Shown here: positions 33,776 through 35,107 of the stretch, in pieces
How the letters are laid out: each line of letters starts with the position of its first letter
Numbering within the stretch: position 1 is the first letter of the stretch
From: an uncultured archaeon
GTDB taxonomy: Archaea; Altiarchaeota; Altiarchaeia; IMC4; SCGC-AAA252-I15
Assembly (NCBI GenBank): GCA_964587725.1
Contig: CAZPLO010000014.1
Coordinates: forward strand, 1-35,107
Length of the DNA: 35,107 nucleotides
Direction: 5' to 3'
Position numbers and translations under genes: made by a program
The notes under the pieces: model-generated
The model's database searches: none
Seen by the model: the letters and a program-made list of their open reading frames with translations, nothing else
What the model was told of the DNA's origin: nothing

Positions 33776-35107
33776 TTACTGCGTAAGCGGCAGGTAGTCT
33801 GTGTTGTCGTCTTCCGTGATGTCTGGCGTCAGGTCATATGGTGTGTCGCATATGCCGTTCGGCTCCGAGTCGGCGCACGTCTGCGAGTACCCTGTGCCGT
33901 CCGGCTTAGCCCAGTAGTTCCCGCCTATCTGAGATCCGCCTATGATGTTGGGGCCCGCCTGCAGGCTCGTGTTCCATGAATCAAACTCATCCATGTAGTA
34001 GTCTACGAATATGTCTGTGTTGAGGTCGTTTTCGAAGTAGTTGTTGTATATAACATTCGCGCCCCCTGGTTCGTAAAAGCTCTCCAAGGTTATGCCCGCC
34101 ACCTCGTTGTCTGTTATGGTCGACTCGGTTATGGTGTTCTCCGACCCGGTTAAATATATCCCCCTGTTGTTGTCTGTGGTCTGCAGGCGTGTTATAGTGT
34201 TCATGCCACCCCATATGTTGAGGCCGGCCGCATCATAGTATCCGTATAATCCGTTGTTTTGTGTGGTGCAGTCCGTCAACTGGTTGCTGAACCCCGACAG
34301 GTCAATGCCGATTTCCCCGTTGTTGTTTGCTGTGGTTTGGGTTATTTGGTTGTTGTCTCCGTATAAGCCCAAACCGTGGGTGTTGTTGTCTGCTGTTACC
34401 TGGGTGAGTTGGTTGTTGTTCCCATTCACGTTTAACCCGGTGTATTGGTTGTTGTTAGACGTCACCAAATCCAGGGTGTTGCTGTTGCCCTGCACGCTTA
34501 TTCCCCCCATGTTGTTGTTGGCTGTCACCTGGTTTAGTGTGTTCGAGTTTCCGTACATATATATGCCTGTGTCTGGGTTTTGGTTGGTTTGTGTGTCTGT
34601 GATGGTGTTTTCGTTTGCTCTGTAGATGTATATTGCTCGGGTGTCCCAGTTTTCTAGTATGCAGTTTGTTATTTGGTTGTTGGTTGTTTGTGTGCTGCTC
34701 CGGTATATTCTTATTCCGTTGTCTGCTGCTCCGTTGCCTTGTATGGTGTGTCCTTGGCAGTCTAGGTTGATGTTGTTTCCTGCTAGGTTGATGCAGTTGC
34801 TGGTGCCGCTGTTGAGTATGTCCGCTGTCAGCCTGTATGTTCCCGCGGTGTTCAGCGTCTGACACGTCGTCACCACGGCTATCCAGAAGGTCTTGGAGGC
34901 TGTGCCCTCGTTCCCCACGCCGTCCTCACAGTAGTATGTCACCGTGTGCGTCCCGTCTCCGAGGCCGGATACGCTGCCAGTCCAGTGTCTTCCGTCCACC
35001 ATGTTCATGTCCTGCCGGACGCCGCCGTCCATGATGTACTGGCAGGTGCTTGGTTCCGTGGTCTCTATGTCGAGGTTTATTGTCTGTCCTGTGGGGTATG
35101 TTTTGGT
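33776..35107 (-). CDS. NosD/CASH parallel beta-helix surface protein, 5'-truncated by the window edge
   Basis: Frame stays open from 35032 to the window end (TKTYPTGQTINLDIETTEPSTCQYIMDGG). Ig-like segment, C..LN..Y..C..NINLDC cap, 22-23-aa Asn-rich repeats, and IYNNYF...WN...GGNYW...NGICDTPY...DYLPL terminus. Confidence 0.88.
   Translation of the reverse strand, partial: TKTYPTGQTINLDIETTEPSTCQYIMDGGVRQDMNMVDGRHWTGSVSGLGDGTHTVTYYCEDGVGNEGTASKTFWIAVVTTCQTLNTAGTYRLTADILNSGTSNCINLAGNNINLDCQGHTIQGNGAADNGIRIYRSSTQTTNNQITNCILENWDTRAIYIYRANENTITDTQTNQNPDTGIYMYGNSNTLNQVTANNNMGGISVQGNSNTLDLVTSNNNQYTGLNVNGNNNQLTQVTADNNTHGLGLYGDNNQITQTTANNNGEIGIDLSGFSNQLTDCTTQNNGLYGYYDAAGLNIWGGMNTITRLQTTDNNRGIYLTGSENTITESTITDNEVAGITLESFYEPGGANVIYNNYFENDLNTDIFVDYYMDEFDSWNTSLQAGPNIIGGSQIGGNYWAKPDGTGYSQTCADSEPNGICDTPYDLTPDITEDDNTDYLPLTQ

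Noticed and set aside
33776-35107. Possible diversity-generating retroelement target (AAC-rich gene end)
   Set aside because: No reverse transcriptase and no near-identical template/variable repeat pair differing at adenines was visible; Asn richness is expected for beta-helices.

Overview
Gene-dense archaeal chromosomal segment. Archaeal markers are topoisomerase VI, a class I CCA-adding enzyme, archaeal-type PPAT, an A1AO ATP synthase and TATA-type promoters. A VirB2-like pilin, cysteine-capped beta-helix surface proteins and MetV/MetF are compatible with an Altiarchaeota/DPANN-like lineage, but this is inference only. Left to right the window holds: two hypothetical genes and a CBS protein at the tail of a complete A/V-type ATP synthase operon (H-I-K-E-C-F-A-B-D, minus strand); secF-secD; a 1690-aa modular surface glycoprotein; coaD, a gamma-carbonic-anhydrase-family gene and a small basic protein; a membrane-anchored Zn-finger/wHTH protein; an EF-Tu-domain-II-like protein; mini-metV + metF; stand-alone coaB; a wHTH-membrane protein behind top6B/top6A and a Dim2-like KH gene; amrS coupled to cca; a membrane protein, a wHTH regulator and a TrbC/VirB2-like pilin; a spermidine-synthase-like polytopic membrane protein converging on a signal-anchored PIMT; and a truncated NosD/CASH surface protein. 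No rRNA, tRNA, CRISPR array, transposase or integrase was recognised. The best candidate for an undescribed system is the possibly exported PIMT + membrane SAM-fold protein + Asn-rich surface protein cluster (30415-35107). All family calls come from motif recognition by eye, not from database searches.
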